Shown here piece after piece: positions 43,075-53,396 of a stretch of 64,000 nucleotides of DNA. The number at the start of each line of letters is the position of its first letter. Positions within the stretch are counted from its first letter, which is position 1. Under the pieces are notes generated by a model. That model made no database searches and had not been told where the DNA came from. It saw only the letters and a program-made list of their open reading frames with translations. Origin of the DNA: a virus (lineage: Duplodnaviria; Caudoviricetes); the IMG/VR virus record IMGVR_UViG_3300031949_000003. One strand, written 5' to 3'. Made by a program: the position numbers and the translations under genes.

Positions 43075-44346
43075 CTAGAGGAGTGTGAGCTGCGCTGCTT
43101 TCGTATGTTGAGACGAAGCTGGAGCGTGACGATCTTCGAGTCCCTGTATGTGGCGACCGAGGAGTCCGGTAAACAACGGGGGCACACACTCACCAATCAC
43201 GTCGCGAAGTAGTGTGTCCTGAGGCATTTTCGATTCGTCCGGCATGCACCATCGGTACGTTGAAACATCAATGCCCTGAAGAATTGCAACCTCAAGAGTG
43301 GAAAGTACGCGGTGCTGCTCGGGATGTCCTTTGTGATCAGAGCAAACATACGCAGACCTAGTTGTCACTGTTGAGCCGGGCCTGTCCCAGTACATGCGCT
43401 TATAGGCAGATGGGAAACCGGAGATAATCTGAAGTACTCCATCGCGGACGACCGTAGGCCGGCAAAGATCTTCGCCGCAAGAACGACAGTGAGTGAGCGT
43501 CTTTTCATTGGCAATTATGCAAGACGGGCAGTCATTCTCGAATGCAGATTGCCCCTCTGGGGTGGCGGCAAGCCACCGGTACAGCTCGTCCCGCCAACGC
43601 GGGACCCTATGCAATTCGAGACCCTCGACAGGAGAAGATCGACGGCCCTTCGCATCGAGAGCTGGAAAGTGGCCGAGCACCTCTCGAAGGGTGCGCCATC
43701 GACGAACGGATCCAACAGGATTGCTTGAATGCGTTGGTGCTGGCAACAGGTTGCATTGCCGCCGTCCACCCCGCCTGAATAGGCCGACGGTTCGCAGCCG
43801 ACGTTGGGGTAGACCAAAATCGGCAAGTTCTACCTGCTGAAAACATCCTTCGTATCCAAGCGCCCAAAGCTGCTCGCTCATGAGGTCGGTAACAAGTCGA
43901 CTCTTCCCGCTCTCGTCCGCATCGAATGTGTTCATCATGCGGCAGACGTTTTCGAAGAAAAACCACTTTGGCAGCAGCCTTCGCATCGCGTGTAGAACCG
44001 GTAGATAGAGCCGATTACGCGCATCGACTTCGGGTCGATAGCCAGATGCCTTCGACCGTATCAGACTGCCGATTCCATTCTTGGACATGCCCTGGCACGG
44101 AGGCGTCGCCGTGAGAAGGAACAGTTCCGTCTCCTTTCGCTCGCGAAGCTGGCGCTCAATGTGGTGAATCAATGGGTCGACATGCGCTTCGACGTCGATC
44201 GTGTGCACCGCTCGTCCGAAATTCGAACGTGCCAAGGCCGCGCGCTTCGGCTCGATCTCTGCGAGCAATACGTGTTCTAGACCGGCGGATCGAAATCCCG
44301 TGTCGCCGAATCCAGCACCCGAAAAGAGACTCGCCTGCAACTTCAT
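43075..44346 (-). CDS. DNA (cytosine-5)-methyltransferase
   Basis: Motif I LFSGAG, motif IV PPCQ, motif VI FENV, motif VIII PQRRLR, motif X IGECVPP. Confidence 0.93.
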   Translation of the reverse strand: MKLQASLFSGAGFGDTGFRSAGLEHVLLAEIEPKRAALARSNFGRAVHTIDVEAHVDPLIHHIERQLRERKETELFLLTATPPCQGMSKNGIGSLIRSKASGYRPEVDARNRLYLPVLHAMRRLLPKWFFFENVCRMMNTFDADESGKSRLVTDLMSEQLWALGYEGCFQQVELADFGLPQRRLRTVGLFRRGGRRQCNLLPAPTHSSNPVGSVRRWRTLREVLGHFPALDAKGRRSSPVEGLELHRVPRWRDELYRWLAATPEGQSAFENDCPSCIIANEKTLTHCRSCGEDLCRPTVVRDGVLQIISGFPSAYKRMYWDRPGSTVTTRSAYVCSDHKGHPEQHRVLSTLEVAILQGIDVSTYRWCMPDESKMPQDTLLRDVIGECVPPLFTGLLGRHIQGLEDRHAPASSQHTKAAQLTLL

Positions 44347-44522
44347 CGCGGCACCTTCAATTGCTTGTCCGCCAAGTTAAGATGCGCGGGAACGATGTTC
44401 GACGGATCTCATGCGCAGTCACCTTGCGGGATCAAGCGTGATTTGTATCAGACCGGTATGACGGACGTGCGGTGGGGGTGCACGACCAGTTCGAGGGATT
44501 TTCTCGGGCGGTTTCCAAAAGA

Positions 44523-44686
44523 TCAGTGAGATCGATCGATTGCGGAAGCCCGCAAGCCCTTGGCGCGGCCGTTCGGTAAACCGTATCGGTGCAGGTGTTC
44601 GGCGATCTCGTGGTCGAGCTGCGCGGGCGTCTTCTTACAGCTGATCGCTGGAAGTCGAAGTTCCGCTGGCGTGTGGTCCGCGTCAT
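44523..44686 (-). CDS. short ORF or remnant carrying the KKTPAQLDHEIAEHL module
   Basis: Module at 44592-44636; start unclear, possibly frameshifted. Confidence 0.4.
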
Positions 44687-44731
44687 CGACACGGTCGCGA
44701 CGGTCGCGATCTAACGCGCGTCGGTTGACCG

Positions 44732-45460
44732 CTACGAAGGTGTGCCGCCGCTGGTCGACAGCAGCCACCAGCCGCCGAGGATAGCGTCCCAGACGAGAAT
44801 GACTCCGCCGGCCTCCCCGATCGATAACGTGATCACCGTCCAACCGATAAAGTTGGCGGGGGTGAGCGTGAACTGGATGTTGGTGGCTGCGCTGGTCGTG
44901 ATCTGCTTGGTCTGCCCATCGACCGTGCCGTCTGCCAAGGTGAGAGGCACCAAGCTCGGCGCCTCTGGGACAAGGCCGCTGTGCACCACGAAGGTGACGT
45001 CGGGCGCCGGATCCACCGCACCGCCCGCGAGCGTCGGAATGTCCAGGTGCTCGGTCGTCGGTGCGATGTCACCGGTGCCGGTAGGGCCGGTGGAGCCGGT
45101 GGAGCCGTCAGGGCCGGTGGGTCCCGTCGGGCCAGTGGGTCCCGTACTGCCGCTGCCCGTCAATCCAATCGGCCCCGTCGGTCCGGTTGGTCCGATCGGT
45201 CCGTCGCTCGGTCCAGTCGGTCCGGTCGATCCCGTAGGTCCCGTACTGTCGCTGCCGGTAGCTCCTGTGGATCCTGTCGGACCTGTCGGACCCGTCGGGC
45301 CTGTCGGACCCGTCGGGCCTGTCGGTCCGTCGCTCGGTCCCGTCGGTCCCGTCGGTCCTGTCGCGCCGTCGAGTCCATCGTGACCGCGCTTGCCCCGCTT
45401 GCCGCGCTCGCCTTCGCAGTCGTCGGTGCAATCCGGGATACGCCTGGTGATTTCGGCCAT
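44732..45460 (-). CDS. collagen-like (GPT-repeat) protein
   Basis: [26 protein letters not shown] leader, GPT run, distinct C-terminal domain. Confidence 0.9.
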   Translation of the reverse strand: MAEITRRIPDCTDDCEGERGKRGKRGHDGLDGATGPTGPTGPSDGPTGPTGPTGPTGPTGPTGSTGATGSDSTGPTGSTGPTGPSDGPIGPTGPTGPIGLTGSGSTGPTGPTGPTGPDGSTGSTGPTGTGDIAPTTEHLDIPTLAGGAVDPAPDVTFVVHSGLVPEAPSLVPLTLADGTVDGQTKQITTSAATNIQFTLTPANFIGWTVITLSIGEAGGVILVWDAILGGWWLLSTSGGTPS

Positions 45461-45706
45461 GGTGGGATCAACGCTAGTTCAAGGCAGGATCACAGGCAAT
45501 TTTTCGTCCTGCCATCGAAACCCGAAACCTCATTGGAAATCGGGCCCTTTAGACACAGCCAGGGGTGCGCGCTCTGCGAAGCGCCGCGTGTGATCACTGG
45601 ATGTTCACCGAGCTGCTGAGGAAGGCGGTCGCCGAACGCGTGAGGTTCCGGGCATGGTTCCGTGCCCGACCTGCCACGATCACAAGTTCGTGCGGATCGT
45701 GGATGG

Positions 45707-46057
45707 TCACGTCGTTCCGCCGCCGCCGCACAGCGCCGGCCACAGCGGATCCAGGCACCGAACGGATCGCCGAGTAAACAGCCTCAACGCATGAGGCGAT
45801 CGGCGATCGCGCGCGGCGTAGATCGACAGGTCGACGTCAGCGCCGAGCTTGCCGGTTCGATCGAGTTGGTTCGCGATGCGATAGATCGCCTCGGCCTCGC
45901 GCTCCAAGACCTTCGGGAACGTCTTCACGCGCTTCCGCATGTCGGCCGCTTCGAGATCGTCGAACAACCCGAACTGATGCGTTACGCGCTGCCAATCGTC
46001 ATCCGTTGGCGTCGTCTTCGATTTCGGCGATGTCTTCCCAGGCTTCTTTGTTGCCAC
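45707..46057 (-). CDS. hypothetical protein
   Basis: 116 aa, MATKKPGKT... Confidence 0.5.
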   Translation of the reverse strand: MATKKPGKTSPKSKTTPTDDDWQRVTHQFGLFDDLEAADMRKRVKTFPKVLEREAEAIYRIANQLDRTGKLGADVDLSIYAARDRRSPHALRLFTRRSVRCLDPLWPALCGGGGTT

Positions 46058-46157
46058 CGACGCCGATCATCGAGCGGTCTGTACAGGAATGCGAATTGCC
46101 GTCGGTCGCGGCCTGGAGTACAACCGGGCCCTCCAAACGAGGCCGCGCCAACCTGTA

Positions 46158-46196
46158 ATCGCGATCGATTGCCTCCGCGATCGCGCGGATTGAAAC
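46158..46196 (+). repeat. solitary type I-C CRISPR-repeat-like hairpin, copy 1
   Basis: AT-CGCGATCG-attgcctccg-CGATCGCG-CGGATTGAAAC. Confidence 0.55.
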
Positions 46197-46215
46197 ACCC
46201 GAGCATGTCGCACTC

Positions 46216-46935
<720 letters not shown>

Positions 46936-46937
46936 AC

Positions 46938-47351
46938 GTGCAGGTACGGCCTGACGAGATGGTCATGATCCGCAACACGAAAGCCGCTCAGAGGGAGCTA
47001 CTACGTGTGGCGCTCGTGCACCCTCCGTTTCCCATCGTGCTGCGCGTTCGGGACTTCCGCCGATCGCTGTTCGAGCTGGAAATGCTGATGACGGTGCCGG
47101 ACACGAACAGCGGGCGCTACATCTGCCAGACGCTCGTGTTCGAGTGTGCGCTTCCCGTCTCACGACACAAATTCATCCGCTTCGTTGAAACGGCGCTGCG
47201 CGAAGCGGTCATGCACGAACTCTACGAGAGCCTTCACGTAGATGGCAAACGAGTACGTGACCCGCATGAAAGCCGTGAGGCTGGACGCGCGTGGACCGTG
47301 GTCGAAGACATGAGATGCTTTACACGCGCGAGAACGCGCTCGCGGGCGTGA
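46938..47351 (+). CDS. hypothetical protein
   Basis: 137 aa, follows infC; HELYE..DPH motif. Confidence 0.6.
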   Translation: MQVRPDEMVMIRNTKAAQRELLRVALVHPPFPIVLRVRDFRRSLFELEMLMTVPDTNSGRYICQTLVFECALPVSRHKFIRFVETALREAVMHELYESLHVDGKRVRDPHESREAGRAWTVVEDMRCFTRARTRSRA

Positions 47352-47365
47352 CGATTGTCGATTCT

Positions 47366-47893
47366 TCACTCCTCGATAATCGCGCCAGCGCGCTCGGCCG
47401 CGGCGCGGCCCGCCTTCGTGAACGGGCCGACCGCGACCAGCTCAGGCGAGACCTCGGATCGGTACGCGTCGAACAGGACCTGCGACAGCCCGCGCCCGCG
47501 CGCGTCGGGATCGACCCAGATGTGGTGCACGTATGGTCGGCCGTACTCGACGGCGTAGGCGAGTCCGGCTAGCGGATCGGCCACGCCTCCGTTGGACAAA
47601 ACGATCAAGATCCGCCCCGCACGAGCCCCGCCGTAGTTCTTACCCGTCGTGAAGATCAAGTCCCAAGGTTCGGGCACGCCCACGAGCGAGATCTCGATCT
47701 GTTCGCGCCGCGTGATGCGCTCATCGATGAGCGCTTCGTGCACGCGCTCACGCGTCACGCGCTCCATGCCGCCGTTGCCGCCGTTGCCGCCGTTGCCGTT
47801 GCCTCGCGCCAGTGTCTCGTTGATCTCGCGATCGAGCTGTTTGGCCGGCGTCTTCTTCGCCGGAGCCGGTACCCGCGGCACGCGTTTCTTCAT
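47366..47893 (-). CDS. GNAT-family acetyltransferase with N-terminal KKTPAKQLDREINETL module
   Basis: VHHIWVDPDARGRGLSQVL acetyl-CoA-binding motif A. Confidence 0.8.
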   Translation of the reverse strand: MKKRVPRVPAPAKKTPAKQLDREINETLARGNGNGGNGGNGGMERVTRERVHEALIDERITRREQIEISLVGVPEPWDLIFTTGKNYGGARAGRILIVLSNGGVADPLAGLAYAVEYGRPYVHHIWVDPDARGRGLSQVLFDAYRSEVSPELVAVGPFTKAGRAAAERAGAIIEE

Positions 47894-48071
47894 TACGACA
47901 CCAGCACCAACTCGGATACCGGGAAGATCCACGGCCCACGGCCGAGCTGCTTGTGCCACTCGATCACGTACGCATCGGAGCCGACGATCCGCTCGACGGC
48001 AGCCGTGGCCCCGTCAGGGAGCATCACGATGGCTCCAGGCCGGATCGATTCATCTTCCTCGCGTGGCAGCT

Positions 48072-48560
48072 TCATGGCGTCTCTCCACTCATCGGCTCTT
48101 CACTCACCGGCTCTTCACTCACCGGCTCTTCACTCACCGGCTCTTCACTCACCGGCTCTTCACTCACCGGCTCTTCACTCGCCGGCGCCTCGTCGGCAAG
48201 AGCGTCAGCCATCGCCCGCTCGGCCAGCTCGGCGTGCACGTAGCGGGTCAACTCGCGCTCGATCGCACCGTCCGAGAGCGTCGCCGCCGCGAGGTCGCCC
48301 GTCGTGACGCCGAGCTTGTCCTGGATCACGGCGCACGCCGCGTCGACCGCGCGCTCGACGAGCGCCTCGATCGCGACCTCGCACGTCATGATCGCGGTCG
48401 GGCCGGCGTGCCCGTTGACGTTGACGCCGCGAAACGACCGCAGCGCGTTGTTCCACGTCGCACGGTTGATGAGGCCGCGCGTGTAGAGCACGTTGATCTG
48501 CGCCTCGGTAAGCGCGGCGCTCTCTTTCGTCTCTTTCGTCTCTTTCGTCTCTTCCTTCAT
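48072..48560 (-). CDS. hypothetical protein with KET and SEEPV repeats
   Basis: 162 aa, GGGAG SD. Confidence 0.65.
   Translation of the reverse strand: MKEETKETKETKESAALTEAQINVLYTRGLINRATWNNALRSFRGVNVNGHAGPTAIMTCEVAIEALVERAVDAACAVIQDKLGVTTGDLAAATLSDGAIERELTRYVHAELAERAMADALADEAPASEEPVSEEPVSEEPVSEEPVSEEPVSEEPMSGETP
48086..48186. repeat. 15-bp tandem repeat (ggctcttcactcacc), about 6-7 copies, coding SEEPV
   Basis: Directly visible, with no spacers. Confidence 0.95.
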
Positions 48561-48626
48561 GATCGTCTCCCTTCGCGCGAGTTGAACGCCCAGTGTTGCC
48601 TTTAAGTGCCATGAGCTAGGTTGCGC

Positions 48627-48668
48627 TTCGCGATCGCTATTCGCGATTGCGATTGCGCGGATTGAAAC
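48627..48668 (+). repeat. solitary type I-C CRISPR-repeat-like hairpin, copy 2
   Basis: TT-CGCGATCGC-tattcgcgatt-GCGATTGCG-CGGATTGAAAC. Confidence 0.55.
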
Positions 48669-48674
48669 AAACCT

Positions 48675-49091
48675 TCAGTGCCAATCGAGCACGATCTTCG
48701 TGTCCGGCGGCAGCGCGCGGACGTATGCCGCGATCGCCGTCTGATACGGCCCGCCGCGATGGCCGTCGTAACGGAAGTGCTCCTCCAACCACGGCAGGAG
48801 GTGTTGCGGCGAGACGACCTCGTACGGAGAGCCGTAGGAGTCCTTCTCGCGGATCGTCCCGTAGATAGGCTCGCCCTGGTAATAACCCTCGGCGACACGA
48901 GCCCCGACGTAGGACGTCACGTCATGCCCGACCGGCATCTTCGAGAGATGGGGCTTCACCATCTTCTCGAAAGCGAGGTAGTCGTCATGGCTGACGCCCC
49001 CCAGATCCAGGATCGTGTGGGAGTGGCCCCACAGACGTCCGTCGCTCACGTGCCAGTGCTCGCAAGGCAGTAGGCGAAGATCGAGGCCCAT
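48675..49091 (-). CDS. hypothetical protein
   Basis: 138 aa, MGLDLRLLP...VLDWH, GGGAG SD. Confidence 0.7.
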   Translation of the reverse strand: MGLDLRLLPCEHWHVSDGRLWGHSHTILDLGGVSHDDYLAFEKMVKPHLSKMPVGHDVTSYVGARVAEGYYQGEPIYGTIREKDSYGSPYEVVSPQHLLPWLEEHFRYDGHRGGPYQTAIAAYVRALPPDTKIVLDWH

Positions 49092-49103
49092 TACGCAGCT
49101 CCC

Positions 49104-49361
49104 TTACTCGTTATAGTGATTCGCCGTGGCCGACTTGCCGGCTTCGGTGATGGTCACCTTCTGCACTGCCGGATCGGCGCGATCGATGTCGATCCAGCCG
49201 AGGCTCTGCGCACGCTGCGCTCCTTGGTTCACGTAGTCCTCCGAGTAACCGGACGCGTCGAATCGACGCTTGAGCGCGTCCATGTTGGTCGGGCTCTCCT
49301 CCACCACACCCGCGACCGTCATCGCGGCCTTGAGAACATCGTCGTTGCTCATCGTCGTCAT
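49104..49361 (-). CDS. small winged-helix-like protein
   Basis: LGWIDID...VTITEAGK. Confidence 0.6.
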   Translation of the reverse strand: MTTMSNDDVLKAAMTVAGVVEESPTNMDALKRRFDASGYSEDYVNQGAQRAQSLGWIDIDRADPAVQKVTITEAGKSATANHYNE

Positions 49362-49636
49362 CTCTCTTCTCTTCTCCTTGCTTGTTGTTGTTCCACTGCT
49401 CGATCACGTACGAGGCAGCGCCTCCGGCAGCGTCGAATTATCGACGGCCTTCTGCATGGTGCGGCCGGTGCCGGCACTCGTCGACTTCATCTGGTTTCGC
49501 GGCTCGTGCGCGAGGTGCCAGCCCACATCGTCGGGGTAGAAGACGAACGTCCGATCGCCCTGGTGGGCGAACCAGTAGTCACGGCGGCTGCGATACAGCC
49601 GGACACGCTCGCCCCGGATCACCACGCTGCGGTGGC

Positions 49637-50878
49637 TCACGATACACCGCCCTTCCCTGCGCCCACCGCACTGCGTGCGGCCTTCTTCGGCTTCTTTGCC
49701 TTCTTCGCAGCCGCAGCTTCCTTTGCCGCCTTCTGCGCCATCAGATCTGCGTAGCGAGCCAGCAGCTTCGCGGGCTCGGTGTACTTGACCTCGATCCCGT
49801 AGAGCGCGCCGACCTCGCAGCGCACGGCGCAGAGCAGCTCCGCCTCCTCCGCAGTCGGCATGACCTTGGGCCAACCCTTCGTGAAGAGCAGATGCTTGGG
49901 GATGCGCTTCTCGATCTCGACGCGCTTGGCGGCGAGCTGCTTCGCACGTACGAGCGCCGCGCGCTCGGCGTCGCTGAGCAAGTGCGAAGCGACATCGGCG
50001 AGCCAGCGGCTGCCCTGGAACGCGAAACCGGAGCGGATCTCCAGGCCCACCACCGTGTGGAACACAGGCTGATTGGCGGTGATCGACGCCGAGACGCGCT
50101 GGTCGGAAAGATCCTGCATGATGCAGTAGCGGCACGAGATCCGCTTCATGCCGAGTCCATAGCCCTCGTGCATCTGGAAGCCGCGCGCCGCGCAGAGCGC
50201 GAACACCTCTTGCTCGGTCCAGGCCGCGATCGGGTTCCAATCGACGCCGCTGGTCCCGAGACGCTGATTGGTGAGCCGCTTGTTCATCTTCGAGGTCGGC
50301 GCGTTCGTGCGCGGAGATTTCTTGCGTCCTTTGCCCTCTTCACGGCGGATACCGCACGCGCTGATGATCCGGCGCGCGGGGAAGCGCTTGACCAGCTCGG
50401 ACGCGATCGGCGCGCTCTTGAGTTCCGACGTGCAGAAGCGCATCGACGGCGTGGACCACGGCAAGATGATCTTGACGCACGCCAGATCGATGTAGCGCTT
50501 GACGTTGTTCTCCCAACGCTTGATCCAGCGCTTCATCATCCCGCCCGCGGCGCGACGAGTGACGATCAGCTCGACGCCCAAGAACGCCGCGAGGCGCTCG
50601 CAGGTCGGGAGCGAGTCGTCCCATTCGACGTTGAAGGCGGGATCGGGATCGCCGAGGTCTGCGTGCACGAGCACGACCGGCCCCTTGTGTCCGACCGCGC
50701 GTAGATACTCGACGACTGCGATTCCAGCCGTTATTGAATCCTTGCCCCCCGAGACACCGATCGCGATCGGTGCGTCCGCCGCGATCAGCGCGAGCACCTC
50801 GTCGTCCAGCTCGACACCCCGCTCGATCAGGTTGGGTGGCATCGGGCGCTTGAGACGAAGGGTGACCAGGTCCTGCAC
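49637..50878 (-). CDS. PAPS reductase-family (PP-loop) protein 3
   Basis: VSGGKDS, HADLG, RFCTSELK, GIRREE, WNPIAAW and RISCRYC motifs. Confidence 0.88.
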   Translation of the reverse strand: MQDLVTLRLKRPMPPNLIERGVELDDEVLALIAADAPIAIGVSGGKDSITAGIAVVEYLRAVGHKGPVVLVHADLGDPDPAFNVEWDDSLPTCERLAAFLGVELIVTRRAAGGMMKRWIKRWENNVKRYIDLACVKIILPWSTPSMRFCTSELKSAPIASELVKRFPARRIISACGIRREEGKGRKKSPRTNAPTSKMNKRLTNQRLGTSGVDWNPIAAWTEQEVFALCAARGFQMHEGYGLGMKRISCRYCIMQDLSDQRVSASITANQPVFHTVVGLEIRSGFAFQGSRWLADVASHLLSDAERAALVRAKQLAAKRVEIEKRIPKHLLFTKGWPKVMPTAEEAELLCAVRCEVGALYGIEVKYTEPAKLLARYADLMAQKAAKEAAAAKKAKKPKKAARSAVGAGKGGVS

Positions 50879-51175
50879 GTTAGAGCGCTCCTTCATGACG
50901 ACGCACGACCTCGTAGATCGCATCCCAGAACGACTCCGTGGCGCGAGGCACCGGGAAGAGGTCTGGGCTAGTGGCGCGGAGGTGATCGAACACCTCGGCT
51001 GCCGATTCTTGGTCGGTGGGAACGTGGCCGATCGCCGCGAGGAAACGGCCTTTCAGGTTAGTCGGGTCAGCGATCGTCATGCTTGATGATGTTCCACGCG
51101 GGATGCCAACACGCGTGGAGCATAAGCTGCCGTTCTGACATGGAGCCCGCCCCGAGCTCGTGGCGCTGCGTATAT

Positions 51176-51191
51176 GGGTCTTGAGCTACCC
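51176..51191. promoter_or_regulatory. GGGT-N8-ACCC operator-like site at a strand switch
   Basis: GGGTcttgagctACCCgtgtctcgag. Confidence 0.7.
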
Positions 51192-51277
51192 GTGTCTCGA
51201 GCACGCCAAGCATGGACGCGGCATCGCAGTCTTAGCAACCAATCGCATCGGCACGCCGCGAGCAAGAGCTTGGCAGC

Positions 51278-51571
51278 ATGCACAACGTCGATCTCGCAGC
51301 TACGTTCAAGAGCCTCCAGGCGACTGCCGCCATGCAGGTCGCCCAGTACCCGCAGTACAAGAACCACTTCGCGAGCTACCGGCTCGTGCGCATCAAGTGC
51401 GACGTCAAGACGAAGGCGGGCCTCGCGTTCGCGCGCGGCGAGTTCGCGATCGCGACCGAGAAGACGGACGAGCTGCCGGGACTTCCGTCCAGTGGACGGT
51501 TCGTCACCGTCTGGTCGCGTCGCAACCAGGTCGACACCAGCGTCTGCGTGTGCGACGTGGAGTGGCTGTGA
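51278..51571 (+). CDS. hypothetical protein (first gene of the plus-strand block)
   Basis: 97 aa ORF. Confidence 0.65.
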   Translation: MHNVDLAATFKSLQATAAMQVAQYPQYKNHFASYRLVRIKCDVKTKAGLAFARGEFAIATEKTDELPGLPSSGRFVTVWSRRNQVDTSVCVCDVEWL

Positions 51572-52068
51572 TGATCGTGGCCAAGCTCGTGACCAAACTC
51601 GGTCAGCGCCTCAGCGGCGCCGCGGACACCTACTACGTCACGCAGCGTCTCGGCGACTACGTGCTCCATACCCACGGCCTGGCACCGATGCACTTCGCGA
51701 CGCTCACCAAGCTGGCGCACACGCTCGGCGGTATCGTTCCCTGGGACCGCTGGTCGGACGAGGCGCAGCTCCAGCTCGATCACCTCAAGCTGCGGGGAGC
51801 CTTCTTCTGATGAAACCGCTCGTCAAGATCTCGTGGGACCCCGAGCGCCGGGTCGCCCAATCGTGGCGTCGCGACCGCGGCGGCTGGTTTCGCATGGGCT
51901 GCGGGTTCGACATCTGGCGATGCGCGGTGACGTGGCAGTCACACGGCTACCGGGTCGAGATCGTCGATCACGCGACGATGATCTCGTAAGCACCTGCCAC
52001 AAAATTGGCCTGCCGTGATCTTGCAAGAACCTCTTTCACAGGCATGCAGCTTCTGCCATAACCTGGAC

Positions 52069-52266
52069 ATGCCCAAAGCGAAGAAGTCCAAACGCATCGA
52101 GTTGGTCACGATGTACATACGCGTGAAACCAGAAGAGCGTGCGTTGATCGCTCAGATCGCGGAACAGCGAGGCTATCCGCACAACAAGTCCAGCGTCGCA
52201 TCCGAGATGCTCTCCAAAGGCTTGGCCACGGAAGCGTCCCCCGCCCCTGCAAGCATCAAGCAGTGA
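52069..52266 (+). CDS. ribbon-helix-helix-like DNA-binding protein
   Basis: VTMYIRVKPEERALIAQIAE...SSVASEML. Confidence 0.6.
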   Translation: MPKAKKSKRIELVTMYIRVKPEERALIAQIAEQRGYPHNKSSVASEMLSKGLATEASPAPASIKQ

Positions 52267-52730
52267 AGGGTTGGGTCTACTTCCTCCAATTCGGAAAGAA
52301 CGGCCCCATCAAGATTGGGAGGTCTTACAACCCTGTATCTAGAGCGCGCGATCTCAACGCGACGTCACCGGTCGAACTCACACTTCTCGGCGCGATTAAG
52401 AGCCGCAACATGGAGCGCGAAGAGCGAGAAATTCACGACAGTCTCAACCCTTTCCGCGTCAGAGGCGAATGGTTCGATCAAGTAGCGGTACTGACTGCAA
52501 TGAAAAACCTCGCTGCACGTATCACAACCGCCGAAATGCTTTCAGCGCGTCTTCAAGCCGAAACAACAACCGGTCGCGACAAGCGCGTCAACTTGCGGCT
52601 GCCGCAGCGACTCGTCGATCTCATCAAGAAAGCGGCCAGACTGGAACAGCGATCTTTCAATTCAATGTTCGAGCTTATTGTCAGTGAATGGGCGAAGGCG
52701 CGACCAAAACAGTTACAGCGCTATGCGTAG
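52263..52730 (+). CDS. GIY-YIG (T5orf172-type) domain fused to a C-terminal Arc/RHH-like domain
   Basis: WVYF..IKIGRS..RARDLN, E.EIH, RVRGEWF; then KRVNLRLP..IKKAA..RSFNS. Confidence 0.8.
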   Translation: MKGWVYFLQFGKNGPIKIGRSYNPVSRARDLNATSPVELTLLGAIKSRNMEREEREIHDSLNPFRVRGEWFDQVAVLTAMKNLAARITTAEMLSARLQAETTTGRDKRVNLRLPQRLVDLIKKAARLEQRSFNSMFELIVSEWAKARPKQLQRYA

Positions 52731-52871
52731 CCTCATGAGTAGCTTGAGACCCGGCTCCGCCGCACCACGCGCCCGTGAACGCGAGGCGCAGGGTACTCCA
52801 CTACCCGTGGCCGCTCTCGCGGGCTTACAGCTCCGCGCGCTCGGCACGCGGACTGCTCACGAAAGAGACGC

Positions 52872-53396
52872 ATGAAAAAGCCGGTTCCCACATTCGGTCA
52901 AATCTGTGACTGGTGCTCCGAGCACACCAACCATCGGAACGAACATCCGGCCGAGGGTTGGTTACTTCTCCTTCTGGACGGCACCCTCACGAACGACGAG
53001 CTGCGCGCCGCGATCCTCGCGGATCGCGCGCCCGAGTCGAAGACCACGCTCGACGCGGGCACCGACAGCCTTCTCGATCAAGTCCGCGCACTGCCGGAGT
53101 ACCGCGGCTGGCACGTGACGATGGACGACGATTCCAACCTGGTCGAGAAGCTCGTGTGGAAGCACGACGACTACGACACCAAGATCTGGCTCGATCTCGA
53201 CCGCAAGAGCCGTGACCAGATCGATCTCAGCATCGACATCGAGGATCCGAACGACGACCCCTACCATCCCCAAAGCGGCTACGAGACGCTGCCCGAGCAC
53301 ACCGCCGCGGCGGTGTTCGCCGCCTGCAAGCCGTTCTTGGACGAATATGGTCCCGACGAGGACGACGAGCCCAGCGCCGCGGAGGTTACGCCGTGA
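52872..53396 (+). CDS. acidic hypothetical protein
   Basis: 174 aa coupled ORF. Confidence 0.65.
   Translation: MKKPVPTFGQICDWCSEHTNHRNEHPAEGWLLLLLDGTLTNDELRAAILADRAPESKTTLDAGTDSLLDQVRALPEYRGWHVTMDDDSNLVEKLVWKHDDYDTKIWLDLDRKSRDQIDLSIDIEDPNDDPYHPQSGYETLPEHTAAAVFAACKPFLDEYGPDEDDEPSAAEVTP

Noticed and set aside
48086-48186. Possible CRISPR array
   Set aside because: The 15-bp units are head-to-tail with no spacers and encode in-frame SEEPV.
49637-50878. dndC of a phosphorothioation (dnd) cluster, or cysH
   Set aside because: No dndB/D/E, cysteine desulfurase or sulfate-assimilation neighbours, so only a family-level call is supportable.
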